IMG/VR virus record: IMGVR_UViG_3300009506_000019
Coordinates: 32,001 to 96,000 of that record
Strand: one strand, 5' to 3'
From: a virus
Length of the DNA: 64,000 nt
The translations under genes were made by a program, and so were the position numbers. Under the pieces are notes generated by a model, which was given only the letters and a program-made list of their open reading frames with translations, had not been told where the DNA came from and searched no databases. This document shows positions 47,424 through 57,458 of the stretch, piece after piece; position 1 is the first letter of the stretch, and each line of letters starts with the position of its first letter.

Positions 47424-48931
47424 TATATCTTCTCAATAAGATCAAGGCCCTCATCAGTAAGCGGGCCATCGGTCTCGATTGTGGTATAACTTACGACCTC
47501 ACCACCAAACAATTTTACATCACCATTGCTTCCTGTGACATCTGTTCCAGACTCAAGCTTGCAGGATGAATGGCCTCCTTCAAATTGAATACCAACATCC
47601 AAATTCCCACCACCATCAACAAAACCAGCTAGATTTCCAGATCCAATAACAGTGCCGGTAACTTCTATGTGGGTGTCAGACCAAATTCTTACGCAAGGCC
47701 CTGGAATATTTTTGAATATTACTCTTGATCCAAAGAATCCTCTTAGCCTTGATCTTTCAATACGTAGTCCTGATATTCCATTGGAACCACTACGTATTTC
47801 ATTTCTCTTCCCCTCATTATATTCGTTGAATTCAAACTCTTTTACATCCTGCAAAACCACACATGACCAATCAATAGCTTCTCCAATCGCATTACCTACG
47901 TTTTCAAATACGCAATTTCCCATTCCTCCTATTTCTACATCATAAAAGTTGACACCATCTTGGCCACGAATTCCATAACATCCAGACAAACTTGCGATGT
48001 TTGATTTATAAACTGATATTACAGAATCTGTGTCTGCCCCGATTGCTCGATGCGAACAATCAGACATAAACAGCACATATGTATTAGATGCTGCGTACGA
48101 ACCACCATTTGCGATTGGCGCATCTATCTCGCGATTTACAAGTATATTCGTCCAAATATGACTACCCTCGGTACCTATGATAGCACTATATGCACCATAG
48201 TTGACAAGGGTAAGATAATTCACATTAAAGATGCTACCTACAAAATTATAATCTCTGGACAATGGATTTATGTCTAAGACATAATTTGTGGCAACCTTTG
48301 TTATGTCATCCAAACTGTTTTTCAAAATAGTTGATGGTGTCATAATAGACACCGTTGTGGGAACCGGACTAAGCACTTTATTTACGTATAGTGTGCTATC
48401 ATCATGATCATGTATCGTGGTAACTTGCCCGGTGTTAAATACAGCGAACCACCCCTTTAAGTTAAGTCCAAGAAATGGTGTGCCAGCAAAGCTAACATAC
48501 GGATTTCCACTAGCAACCTGCATGGACGAGATTGATAAATCTTCAAGAGATGGATCTACCAAATCCCACGCTGATGGTGGAGAACCATTTATCGTAAAGT
48601 TACCACCAACACACTGTTTTGATGTTAGTGGCCAAGCTGCAGTGGTGTCTGTCGCTCTTGGACGATGAACACCAGTAGCTAGATTAAATGTAATGTTGTG
48701 TGCAATATAATACGGCAAAGCCTCATATGCGGCAGCGAGATGTTTGAACGCTGTCCAACCATTATTGGACAGCATGTTATCGATGTCATCTTGAATGCGA
48801 AACACAGACCCAATAGGTGGATCACCAACAGACCCACCACCAACATCATCATAATCAATAGGGATAACCAAGTCTTCGATGGTGGTAAGGCTATGGCCAG
48901 CATCGATTTTAATTTTGTCAAACGCGCCCAT
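47423..48931 (-). CDS. Beta-helix receptor-binding protein paralog
   Basis: FKHL, LATGVHRP, TGQ..IHDHDDSTL, GGGNLDVG, DVTGSNGDV. Confidence 0.75.
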   Translation of the reverse strand: MGAFDKIKIDAGHSLTTIEDLVIPIDYDDVGGGSVGDPPIGSVFRIQDDIDNMLSNNGWTAFKHLAAAYEALPYYIAHNITFNLATGVHRPRATDTTAAWPLTSKQCVGGNFTINGSPPSAWDLVDPSLEDLSISSMQVASGNPYVSFAGTPFLGLNLKGWFAVFNTGQVTTIHDHDDSTLYVNKVLSPVPTTVSIMTPSTILKNSLDDITKVATNYVLDINPLSRDYNFVGSIFNVNYLTLVNYGAYSAIIGTEGSHIWTNILVNREIDAPIANGGSYAASNTYVLFMSDCSHRAIGADTDSVISVYKSNIASLSGCYGIRGQDGVNFYDVEIGGMGNCVFENVGNAIGEAIDWSCVVLQDVKEFEFNEYNEGKRNEIRSGSNGISGLRIERSRLRGFFGSRVIFKNIPGPCVRIWSDTHIEVTGTVIGSGNLAGFVDGGGNLDVGIQFEGGHSSCKLESGTDVTGSNGDVKLFGGEVVSYTTIETDGPLTDEGLDLIEKI

Positions 48932-48934
48932 GCC

Positions 48935-50890
48935 TCAATCCTTCGACACTATATTTAATCTTTGTGTGATAAGTGGATTGACGTAAGTTCCAAGATCTGT
49001 GTATGGACCAACAATTCCTTCAAGCCTGATGTCACCAGCTGTCCCACTTATGTCTACGCCAGGACCCAGAGTTATCTTTTGGCCACCCCCAATAACTTCA
49101 ATCCCAACATCGGAATTTCCAACACCATCATTTTGCCAACCAGGATACCCATCACCACAAAGACTCAAATCGCAATCAGAGTCATCAACTAAAACTATTG
49201 GTACTTGGAAACCTTCAAACCAAACACCGTGTGTAAAGCCTCTGTTGAATGGATCTATACATTTTATTACTCGGAAAGCATTTTGATCATGTGCGGTTCT
49301 GAAAGTCGTGCGCTTCCCTTCATAGGTTGAGATTGCTACTTGCTGATTAGACCAAGATGATCCATATCCAATGCGGAAGAATGCCTTGGAACCATAATAA
49401 TCAGACCAACCTTCATCTTCAAACACACAAAAATAGGTGTTCAAGAATGAATCGGTTTCAATGTAATTAACACGTCTCCCACCACGCATGTAGCTATTAA
49501 TCATAACACCGCGTATGCCATCTGCATAGTAAATATGACTTTGATCGTTAATACCGTATCTTCCTCTAAAGGAAACATGTGTTAGGTTCACACCAAAACC
49601 ATTGGTCGCCTGTACGGCACGACCACACGTGAACCCAAAAGTATCAAATTCTTCGGCTATATCAAATAAGCAGTGATCTAAAGCAATATATGCAGTGGAA
49701 TATGTAGACGAAACATGCCACTGTGCCCCAAACGACTGCAGCCAGCAGTTCACAAACTTAACAGGTCTGATACCATCAGCATCATTTGATAGATACATAC
49801 AACCACTGCTCGATTTTTGTGTGATGCCATCCAAACTATTCTGGAGGACCGTAGATGGACGACAAACACGAACAGTTGTTACTCCATCAATTGGAGTTGG
49901 TGACAACTTTTGTAATACGAAGAGTGTACTATCATCATGGTCGTGAATAATGCAGGCTTGTCCTGTATCGAAAACGGCAAACAATCCCTTAAGATCTTGC
50001 CCAGCAAATGGTGTGCCAGCTACTTGCACCCAAGGATCATATGATCCTAACGCTTGATGAGCTGTAATAGTTTGTGCGGCCACAATATCAATCCAAGTTG
50101 ATGAGGTGGCTCCATTAAAAGTAATGTTTCCATCACGAGAAAAATACTTACCATTAAGTTGGAATGCATAATTACCAGCATCCGAAGCTGGCCGATGCAC
50201 TGTTGCCGCAAGCTCAATTGTAATAGGATGAAAAATAAATACAGGTAGCGCGTCCCACAGCTTTTCAATATGTTTGAAACTTGTTGCTCCAGCTGTGGTA
50301 AGAAAATCATCGATTTCGTCTTGCGTGGCAAAATACGTATCGGCTGGTGGATCTACAGCATCAAGATCATCATAATCTACTGTCGCTGCTAATGGTGTGA
50401 GCGAGTAAAGTATGTCTAGATCTTGCGATCCACCACCAGCACCCTTATTTCCAATATAGCGATACCCACTAATCTTAAGCGGGGTCGGCCTGGTCAACGT
50501 TCCATTGAACGTAAGAATACCGGTTTGATAATCAAAAAACCAATCAAGTGGATCGGTTGGGAAAATCTCAACATCATCACCATCAAAAAGATGAGCTACG
50601 AATCCATCGCCATATTTTGGTGAAATCCAATCTTTGGTTCCAGCTTTCCAAGACTGACTATTGGGGACAGTTGGATCTACAGTCAACGCAAAAAGTGTTT
50701 GCTGTTCTACGCGACCAAGAGCAATACCAAGCGGTGGATCATTATATGGAATGGTGTCCGACCAAATATCATCAGAGTGGACATTGATGGTATCTGCACC
50801 AAATTCGTTAAAATAGAACTTATTATCAGAGTCAGTTGTCTCTCTGTTGATGAGTGTCTTGAATGACCGGTCTTCTTTGTTGGTTGCCAT
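48935..50890 (-). CDS. Beta-helix receptor-binding protein paralog with virion-anchoring N-terminus
   Basis: WFFDYQTGILTF...ISGYRYIG.KG; FKHI, PWVQVAGTPFAGQDL, IHDHDDSTL. Confidence 0.75.
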   Translation of the reverse strand: MATNKEDRSFKTLINRETTDSDNKFYFNEFGADTINVHSDDIWSDTIPYNDPPLGIALGRVEQQTLFALTVDPTVPNSQSWKAGTKDWISPKYGDGFVAHLFDGDDVEIFPTDPLDWFFDYQTGILTFNGTLTRPTPLKISGYRYIGNKGAGGGSQDLDILYSLTPLAATVDYDDLDAVDPPADTYFATQDEIDDFLTTAGATSFKHIEKLWDALPVFIFHPITIELAATVHRPASDAGNYAFQLNGKYFSRDGNITFNGATSSTWIDIVAAQTITAHQALGSYDPWVQVAGTPFAGQDLKGLFAVFDTGQACIIHDHDDSTLFVLQKLSPTPIDGVTTVRVCRPSTVLQNSLDGITQKSSSGCMYLSNDADGIRPVKFVNCWLQSFGAQWHVSSTYSTAYIALDHCLFDIAEEFDTFGFTCGRAVQATNGFGVNLTHVSFRGRYGINDQSHIYYADGIRGVMINSYMRGGRRVNYIETDSFLNTYFCVFEDEGWSDYYGSKAFFRIGYGSSWSNQQVAISTYEGKRTTFRTAHDQNAFRVIKCIDPFNRGFTHGVWFEGFQVPIVLVDDSDCDLSLCGDGYPGWQNDGVGNSDVGIEVIGGGQKITLGPGVDISGTAGDIRLEGIVGPYTDLGTYVNPLITQRLNIVSKD

Positions 50891-50960
50891 AGACTACTCA
50901 CCGCACCAGGTATTCGTGTACGGGGAAATAGTCCGTTGAAGGACACCGATAGTAACTTGT

Positions 50961-51296
50961 TTACAGCGACTTCACAAAGGCATATAACGCCATCAGAGCG
51001 ATGACGAGATAGGATATGTAGAAAAATAAGAGGCGGCGACGACGGGACGGCATATTATCCGCTTCGTGACATACCTGTACCCAAAGAAGGACAGCCCCAT
51101 CCCTATCACCCTTATTGATCAAATCTTCAATTCGACCAAGCCAGATGCCAGGCACATACTGTGCAATCTTTTTGGCTGAATAATGAACGAACTTCTTGAA
51201 TCCGGGTGCTGTTCCAGTTTCGATGAAGAACTTGCCACGCTCGCATATAGCTCTTGTTTTGACGCTCATCTTATCAGAGGTATATGCACTGGCCAT
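50961..51296 (-). CDS. Hypothetical protein with C-terminal TM helix
   Basis: RRRR followed by hydrophobic helix. Confidence 0.55.
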   Translation of the reverse strand: MASAYTSDKMSVKTRAICERGKFFIETGTAPGFKKFVHYSAKKIAQYVPGIWLGRIEDLINKGDRDGAVLLWVQVCHEADNMPSRRRRLLFFYISYLVIALMALYAFVKSL

Positions 51297-51299
51297 CTT

Positions 51300-52205
51300 C
51301 TAGTCTATCACTGACAGCAACCCCCTGTGTTTTCTCGGAATGAGATCCAGAAGGTAATTTGCTTCCAGTGTTCCTTCTGAGAACAGATACTCAGGAAAAG
51401 CTTTTCTGATCCTTCGTATCTTGTTCGCAATCATCGTTTTGTTGACGCCCAAATACCTACCGATGTTTGCATTATAATTGGTACAACGGTCGATGTCAAA
51501 TACTCGAGCATCGCAGAGCTTGCAGGCAGAGCACATATCAATCGATGCCTGCGGGTTTGTTAGTATCATCAAGACCTGATAGGCTCTGGTCTCGTGCCCA
51601 AGTACCCGGTCTCCAAAATCGTTGATGATGGATCGAATTCGTTGTTCGATGTTCCTGTCTTCGAACTCTTTGCCAACACCGTTAATTCCGAAGTTGTCAA
51701 GCTCATCATTGATTTCGATGAACTTGTAGGTGGTTATCATCTCACCTTCACATCTAGTACAGGTCTTGTTATTCTTGACCGCAGTGGTATGACCACAAGC
51801 AATACAGCATTGCTGAAGATTTTTGCGATATAGTGAGTTGATATAATTCCGCACACAGAACCCACCCTGCCTTCTCACCCAATGAATCGGATTGTTTTTC
51901 GTTCCTCGAACCTGTCCGTTCTTTTGGCCGGGTGTTTTGATTCTGACTTTCTCTCCCCAAAGCTTGGCTTTGTCCACGTTCTCGAATACGCCTTGCCAGA
52001 AGACTGAGATAATATCGTCCAATTCAAGTAAAAATTGATCGGCAATCAGCTCCTTAGCAAACATTCCACGAATGCAGCCTTGACGACTTGAATCATCGAG
52101 CCTGTAGTTCTCTACGCCAGCCACAGCACTCATGAACTCTTTGACACATCTCCCCTGTCGAAAAGATATCAATAGTTTGTTCGCATACTCGTTGTCTACT
52201 CTCAT
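51300..52205 (-). CDS. Sigma-like/HTH regulator with zinc-ribbon insertions
   Basis: SD AAGGAGG before ATG 52205; DDIISVFWQGVFE; CIACG..CTRC; CSACKLC..C; NANIGRYLGVNKTMIANKIRRIR. Confidence 0.55.
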   Translation of the reverse strand: MRVDNEYANKLLISFRQGRCVKEFMSAVAGVENYRLDDSSRQGCIRGMFAKELIADQFLLELDDIISVFWQGVFENVDKAKLWGEKVRIKTPGQKNGQVRGTKNNPIHWVRRQGGFCVRNYINSLYRKNLQQCCIACGHTTAVKNNKTCTRCEGEMITTYKFIEINDELDNFGINGVGKEFEDRNIEQRIRSIINDFGDRVLGHETRAYQVLMILTNPQASIDMCSACKLCDARVFDIDRCTNYNANIGRYLGVNKTMIANKIRRIRKAFPEYLFSEGTLEANYLLDLIPRKHRGLLSVID

Positions 52206-52364
52206 ACTGCCCTCCTTATCCCTCCGTTGATGGTTTCTTTTAATACGCTTGGTCATTTCACGATCCATACTAGCACAGGGGTATGACAGGCGTGGGCTAG
52301 AAAAGACCACTCGGAGGGATGGTAGTCTACGCTTGCGCGTGCGCTCCAACCCACACCTGTCATG

Positions 52365-52721
52365 CTAATGTTTTGTAATAAACTCTTCAGCATCCTTGTC
52401 ATCGCCGAGGTCGCTTCGAAGCTCGTACGGCTCTGCCATAAATAACCTGGCAGTGAGCTGCATGTGTTCCCTCAACCCCCTAACTTGTACATCTCGCAAT
52501 TCAATTTTATACTTCACCATCACCGTAAGAAGAGTCTTCTCGATGATGTTTTCTACGGTTGGATCGTCCAACACGTCCAGCATGATTTCATGAATCAGGG
52601 AATTCGGAGGGCATCCTAACTCAGACCTGATTTTCCTGAAACCAAACTTGATGAGTGTGTAGATGAGGTTATTTACCTCATTTTCAGTCAATCTCATTGG
52701 ATCTGCCATCTCCGCCCACAT
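52365..52721 (-). CDS. Hypothetical protein
   Basis: 118 aa ORF in operon. Confidence 0.6.
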   Translation of the reverse strand: MWAEMADPMRLTENEVNNLIYTLIKFGFRKIRSELGCPPNSLIHEIMLDVLDDPTVENIIEKTLLTVMVKYKIELRDVQVRGLREHMQLTARLFMAEPYELRSDLGDDKDAEEFITKH

Positions 52722-52991
52722 CTACGCCTCCACCATCAGCTCTGCGGCTGCGTCGATGACACCCATTCTCATTTCTTCGATTTCTCTTACTCTTATGGCC
52801 TTTCTATGAAGCTTGACCTCCTTGGTAAGTGCTTTATTCACTGAATGGAGCTGTTCTGCCTTCTGCAGCAGCCTGACCATTTCCCTTTTGTACTGGTTGA
52901 ATTGATGTCTCTTCCACTTCCTGCCCACCCACACCCCAACGATGAGACAGAAAATTCCAGTCAGTAGCAGCATGACGTACCTCCTACCCAA
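52722..52991 (-). CDS. Membrane-anchored coiled-coil protein
   Basis: N-terminal TM helix then heptads. Confidence 0.6.
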   Translation of the reverse strand: MGRRYVMLLLTGIFCLIVGVWVGRKWKRHQFNQYKREMVRLLQKAEQLHSVNKALTKEVKLHRKAIRVREIEEMRMGVIDAAAELMVEA

Positions 52992-53105
52992 CTAGTCATG
53001 CATGTTGCATGCCAACTCTGTCTCTGTGATGCATATGGCATGCCCGCTGCATTAATCAAAGGTGCACGAGCCGCTATAGACACACGTTCAACGGAGGCTT
53101 TCACA

Positions 53106-53765
53106 GTGGCCAAGAACAAAAAGAAACCAGTCAACAAGTCAAAAGATGTCGAGGCCAGCCCGATTCCGAGGCCCGAAAATCTGGTCATCTGCGACATGAT
53201 CAGGCAGCAAGGTCGCCATTGGGAAATCTCTGATGGCACTAAAGCTGTACCTGGAAAATGGTATAAGTCAAAAAGAGGATATTCAATCCTTCTTTGGGAA
53301 TTGCTTGAAGACGGATCTGTCATCGCACAATCGCACACCACTGGTAACAAAGTTACTGTCCCACCAGACCAGGTGTTGTATTTTACTCTTGATGAAGATC
53401 CGGGCACACCATGCGGCACTATTATGGTGGGCGGCGAGAGCGAGGGCGAGACGCCAGAAGAGATCGCCAAACACGACAGCGTGTACGCCAAATACCCGCA
53501 TATTATTCCTGGTTCTGTATATAAAGTACAGAATGTTGGTGTGAAAGACAACACACCACAGTGGGAAAGAAAAAGGAAAGGTAAAAAGACACAAATCAAA
53601 GGGCAAGTGAGATGCAAGATCCGCTGCCAAGAACCAGGATGTGATAACGAACGAGACATCAAAGTCCAGGACGCATTCCAAGTAAAGAAATGCGAAGCTT
53701 GTCGTGATAAGAAGAAAAAGAAGAATCTAGAGAAATTCCTGGACAAGAAGAAGGTCAAGAAATGA
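53106..53765 (+). CDS. Hypothetical protein with C-terminal KYPHIIPGS zinc-finger domain
   Basis: GTG after GGAGG; C..PGC...VQDA...C.AC basic tail. Confidence 0.65.
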   Translation: MAKNKKKPVNKSKDVEASPIPRPENLVICDMIRQQGRHWEISDGTKAVPGKWYKSKRGYSILLWELLEDGSVIAQSHTTGNKVTVPPDQVLYFTLDEDPGTPCGTIMVGGESEGETPEEIAKHDSVYAKYPHIIPGSVYKVQNVGVKDNTPQWERKRKGKKTQIKGQVRCKIRCQEPGCDNERDIKVQDAFQVKKCEACRDKKKKKNLEKFLDKKKVKK

Positions 53766-54040
53766 AGAACGAGGACATTTACAAGAAATATCCCCACATC
53801 ATACCCGGATCCATTGAAGAAGTTGATCGTGGCAGCGTGGTCCGGGGTGGGAAAGACAGCCAGATAACGAGTCATGGGAAGATCGCAATCATAAGATGTG
53901 CTGATTCAGATATGCCTGGCTGTCTGAAGACCAGGATTATCAACGTACAAGATGCTGAGCAGACTAAATACTGTGCTGCCTGTACTCGTAGACGCCGAAA
54001 TGAAAGACGCCGTGCCAGGCGTCACCAGCTGAAAAATTGA
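53762..54040 (+). CDS. Stand-alone KYPHIIPGS zinc-finger protein, paralog of upstream domain
   Basis: ATGA overlap; YKKYPHIIPGS, IRC..PGC, VQDA.Q.K.C.AC. Confidence 0.7.
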   Translation: MKNEDIYKKYPHIIPGSIEEVDRGSVVRGGKDSQITSHGKIAIIRCADSDMPGCLKTRIINVQDAEQTKYCAACTRRRRNERRRARRHQLKN

Positions 54041-54098
54041 GGTCATTAATTTCGTCAATACCCCCTTCAGTCCCCGCCTCTCGAACCAGCATTAGCCT

Positions 54099-55367
54099 TT
54101 AGCAGGGAGAAACAGTAGAAAAAGCTGATTCCTCTACCGATACTCCGACAGGGGTATTCCGAGGGGAAAATGCCTTACCCCTCCACACGCGGCAGGCACT
54201 AGACGCGAAGTGTCGTATATTCTGCGCACCAGTGGCACGCAGGATGAGATTTCGACACTCTTCATCCTCCAGCATGTCGCGAACAGTTGCCAGATACCGA
54301 TTGGTTATACCATCCGGCAACGAAACTTCCCCTGCTAGTCCCCACGAATTGACAAACGTGTCACGGCCCTCTAGGAGCTGCTCTTTGCACCCACCGTACG
54401 AATCTACGTCGCTACCAACGGGCAGCGGGCATTCCGCCTGGCGTGGTTTTTGTGTGCGATCCGGAGACAATACTCGACTTGCCCCTTCACCTGGCCCTAG
54501 CAACGCCATGAAACTGTCAAATCTTACAGGAACTTCCTTCTCGATTCTTGCGCTTGTGAACGTGTTCGGCAGCTGTACTGCCAAATAAGTCACCTCCTGC
54601 ACTCGTCGTCGTTGAAAAATCTCTCGTCCTCGTACTCGTACTCGTCGCTCGGGGCCGAATCGATACAACCGTTCGGCCTCACGGAATGCCTCAATGGCAT
54701 CCGTTCTAGTGCAATCAGGCTGAAAAAGAAGAGACATCGGGTCTATCAAGAGGAATGTGCCTGTCTCGTTTACCCTGGCCTTTTTTGACAGCTTGATAGC
54801 AGCATCACGTTTATGACCCAAGATATCAGCATGGATCTCTCTACTCAGCAATTGACGACTACCATAGATAGCCATCAATCCGTAGAGCAAAGATTTAGTC
54901 TGATTCATATCCTTAGGATCAATCAGATTTTTGGCTTTGATGTCGTAACGTCTATCATCAAGGAAGAAGATGGCGGGCTTGAACGACGACAATTTGTCGC
55001 CATATGCGGACTTTTGCTTATGGAATGCAAGCTCGGCCATACGGTTGCGACCGGTTATTGAATAGTACCCGTCACCTTCTTCCTCAATGAACCCAAGAGA
55101 CATGGCCTTCCGTAGCCTACGTTGTGCCGTAGGCCGAATACACCCCATGTCTTTGATTAGTTGGTTGAGAAAATGTTTTCTATGAACGCGGCCGGAAGGA
55201 TTACCGCGATTGCGTGCCATCGCGAAATCCTGAGCTAATATCCATACTACAAATGCATCATGCGCTTGATTGTGAAGGGTCCACATAACAACAGACCCGC
55301 GCACTTTACATGTATGATCTGGATACCTCACAGCATCAGGATCCATAGTGCCATAGACAGCACGCAT
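54099..55367 (-). CDS. Winged-HTH protein, possible replication initiator
   Basis: LIKDMGCIRPTAQRRLRKAMSLGFIEEEGDGYY and LSREIHADILGHKR HTH-like segments; own sigma70 promoter. Confidence 0.5.
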   Translation of the reverse strand: MRAVYGTMDPDAVRYPDHTCKVRGSVVMWTLHNQAHDAFVVWILAQDFAMARNRGNPSGRVHRKHFLNQLIKDMGCIRPTAQRRLRKAMSLGFIEEEGDGYYSITGRNRMAELAFHKQKSAYGDKLSSFKPAIFFLDDRRYDIKAKNLIDPKDMNQTKSLLYGLMAIYGSRQLLSREIHADILGHKRDAAIKLSKKARVNETGTFLLIDPMSLLFQPDCTRTDAIEAFREAERLYRFGPERRVRVRGREIFQRRRVQEVTYLAVQLPNTFTSARIEKEVPVRFDSFMALLGPGEGASRVLSPDRTQKPRQAECPLPVGSDVDSYGGCKEQLLEGRDTFVNSWGLAGEVSLPDGITNRYLATVRDMLEDEECRNLILRATGAQNIRHFASSACRVWRGKAFSPRNTPVGVSVEESAFSTVSPC

Positions 55368-55372
55368 TAATC

Positions 55373-55474
55373 CACGGCTGCCACCACCACGATCGTGTGT
55401 TTGCAGTTAGAGCCAACCGTGGCGGTGGCAAGCCGCGAAAGTAAAATTCTCAGTTTTGTTGATCTGCAAACACA
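55373..55474 (-). promoter_or_regulatory. Pseudoknotted 5' leader
   Basis: ~20-bp stem 55373-55392/55417-55437 plus perfect 11-bp pairing of loop 55396-55406 with 55464-55474. Confidence 0.65.
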
Positions 55475-55481
55475 GCTGACG

Positions 55482-55510
55482 TTTCTACCATGGCTCTACC
55501 TACCTGTCAA
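55482..55510 (-). promoter_or_regulatory. Sigma70-type promoter
   Basis: TTGACA-17-TAGAAA with TG extension. Confidence 0.7.
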
Positions 55511-55585
55511 TTATCGGCAGAAATGTTGAATATGTTGCTAGTTGGACATGTTCGATTTTATGTGGTAGGTAAAGATATGGACCAG

Positions 55586-55680
55586 CCCTCAAGTAGCGTT
55601 CACCCCCCCCAGAGGGAACAGTAAGGAAGGCTGCTGAGAGGGGATATCACTCAGCAACCAATCCTAACTCGGCTTGAGGG
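55586..55680. ncRNA. Candidate structured RNA
   Basis: Closing stem CCCTCAAG/CTTGAGGG, inner hairpin TGCTGAG/CTCAGCA, C-run. Confidence 0.4.
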
Positions 55681-55696
55681 AAAAGACGTCTAGGGA

Positions 55697-56090
55697 CTAC
55701 GAGCGGCCAAGGAGGATGTTGTCCTTGCCTTGATCGAAGACATCGGCAAGAGTCTCAATGGGGCTGATGAGACACCCCTCTGTCGGAGTCGTGAGCCAAT
55801 ACTTCCGAGTGAACCCAGAAGGCGCCTTTGTCCAGCCAGACATGTCGTTGCCTACGATAGCGCAGAACCTGGTCATCAGCCGTGGGTCTGCGGGGGCGCC
55901 GCAGAGAACCCCGAAGTAGCTGGAACCCTCAAAGACGTTGCGAATGATCTGCCCATAATCAAACCCCCAAGCGGCGATTCCGTAGGAAGCGAGATCGTCA
56001 GCTTGGATGAGATTGTTCGCAAACCTCGCACCCAATGGGCGGCCAGATCGGCTGAACATATAGGCGAGCACACCGCCCATACGCTTGCCC
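55697..56090 (-). pseudogene. Orphan alternative C-terminal fragment of the 56142..57458 protein
   Basis: Colinear similarity GKR.GG...GRP...ASYG..AWG.DYG...RN.F.GS..FG...VGN.M..WT...YWLT..TE.CL..PI...QGK.N..LGR. Confidence 0.8.
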
Positions 56091-56092
56091 TT

Positions 56093-56130
56093 AAAGACTA
56101 CAGGCGGTAGTTAATCGCCTGTAGTCTTTT
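56093..56130. terminator. Intrinsic terminator, probably bidirectional
   Basis: AAAGACTACAGGCG...CGCCTGTAGTCTTTT. Confidence 0.8.
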
Positions 56131-56141
56131 GCTAGATCACA

Positions 56142-57458
56142 TTACAAACGACCAAGAACGAGGTTGTTCTTACCCTGCTCCAACACCTTGCTGAGATCCC
56201 CGATTGGAGCAACGAGGCACTCTTCCGTCTTCGGTGTCAGCCAGTATGACTTATACATGACGGTCCACTCATCCATATTGTTCCCGACCAGCGCCCCACG
56301 TCTCGTGAGCGCGGGATAGGCGTCGGACGGGGATCCCCAACAGATACCGAATGTACCTGATCCTTTGAAGATGTTCCTGGTCACCACCCCATAATCAATG
56401 CCCCAAGCAATGAGACCGTACGACGCCATCTGCCGCGCATCGATGATGTTGTTATAAATGAGCGCACTATTGGGCCTGCCAACCGGCCCGATATTCGCAA
56501 AGAACCCTCCAAGGCGCTTGCCGTGCATTATGATCTCGTTGTCCTCAAAAGCGTAATCGCCGTGTGGACTTGTGAACAAAGCGGGATCATTTTGGACAAC
56601 TTTGTCCGCGCCGTGGGAGAGCACCAGCCCATACGACCCTCCACTGGACCCAGCAATGTGCCCACCATAGAAAGTCTCCATCTTGTTGAAAAGAGTCTCT
56701 CCTTGACCGAAATCGTCTACTTGTAGGATTCCAAAAGCTGAGTAGTTTTTTACCACACAGTCTCGGATGAGCGCCCTTTTACCCACCTGCCCAATGTGGA
56801 TACCCATTGAGAACCACGCATTTGGGGTTTCACCACCAGCATCCGGCCATGCCCCACCTTCCGACACCTTTGCAGGATTGACGGTCTGACGATCACCTAC
56901 ATAAGGATCTTCTGCGTCAGCGCCAGATTCGAGATCCACCTCGCAATTCCGTACCTCGACATTTCCAGTAATCTCAGTCCCAGTGACTGCCCCAAATCCG
57001 GAGCTTCCGACAAGCATCCAGATGTTCACCTTGTCTGGATTGGCCCCACTCATATCCTTTGATGTGGCATACCCTCCATGCACAGATTCCATGAGCACAT
57101 CTGCTGCATGCTTGACGATGATATTATGGTTAGCACCTTCTGTGACTTTCAGATTTTTGAGAGTGAAATTCTTTCCAACACCATCAAACTCGATGGAATT
57201 CTCACCACCGGTTATCTCAGTTTCTTCAGGACCGTCTCCTTGGACGGTGAGTGTCTTTGACAAAACCACCTGCTCTGCCGCTCCCAGCTCGAACTTCGTG
57301 GAAGCATCGGCTTGATGCATCGTGATGATATCACTGTCGGATGCATCATCATGAGCGGCTTGCAAAGCAGCTTGATCGCTACCGTATGGTGACCCGCCCA
57401 ATGGGGTTCCATCCTTGGTAACAGTGTGGCTCCCGCTGGTGACCACGTATTCGGACAT
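56142..57458 (-). CDS. Right-handed beta-helix protein
   Basis: DQAALQAA..., LTVQGDGPEETEITGG, repeated N.I/NN.I turns; SD GAGGAG. Confidence 0.78.
   Translation of the reverse strand: MSEYVVTSGSHTVTKDGTPLGGSPYGSDQAALQAAHDDASDSDIITMHQADASTKFELGAAEQVVLSKTLTVQGDGPEETEITGGENSIEFDGVGKNFTLKNLKVTEGANHNIIVKHAADVLMESVHGGYATSKDMSGANPDKVNIWMLVGSSGFGAVTGTEITGNVEVRNCEVDLESGADAEDPYVGDRQTVNPAKVSEGGAWPDAGGETPNAWFSMGIHIGQVGKRALIRDCVVKNYSAFGILQVDDFGQGETLFNKMETFYGGHIAGSSGGSYGLVLSHGADKVVQNDPALFTSPHGDYAFEDNEIIMHGKRLGGFFANIGPVGRPNSALIYNNIIDARQMASYGLIAWGIDYGVVTRNIFKGSGTFGICWGSPSDAYPALTRRGALVGNNMDEWTVMYKSYWLTPKTEECLVAPIGDLSKVLEQGKNNLVLGRL

Noticed and set aside
52961-53875. Long antisense ORFs (also 15866..16645, 32018..32788, 35496..36323)
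   Set aside because: Shadows of better-supported genes on the opposite strand
55697-57458. Diversity-generating retroelement TR/VR pair
   Set aside because: Divergence is broad, includes indels and is not adenine-specific; no reverse transcriptase in window
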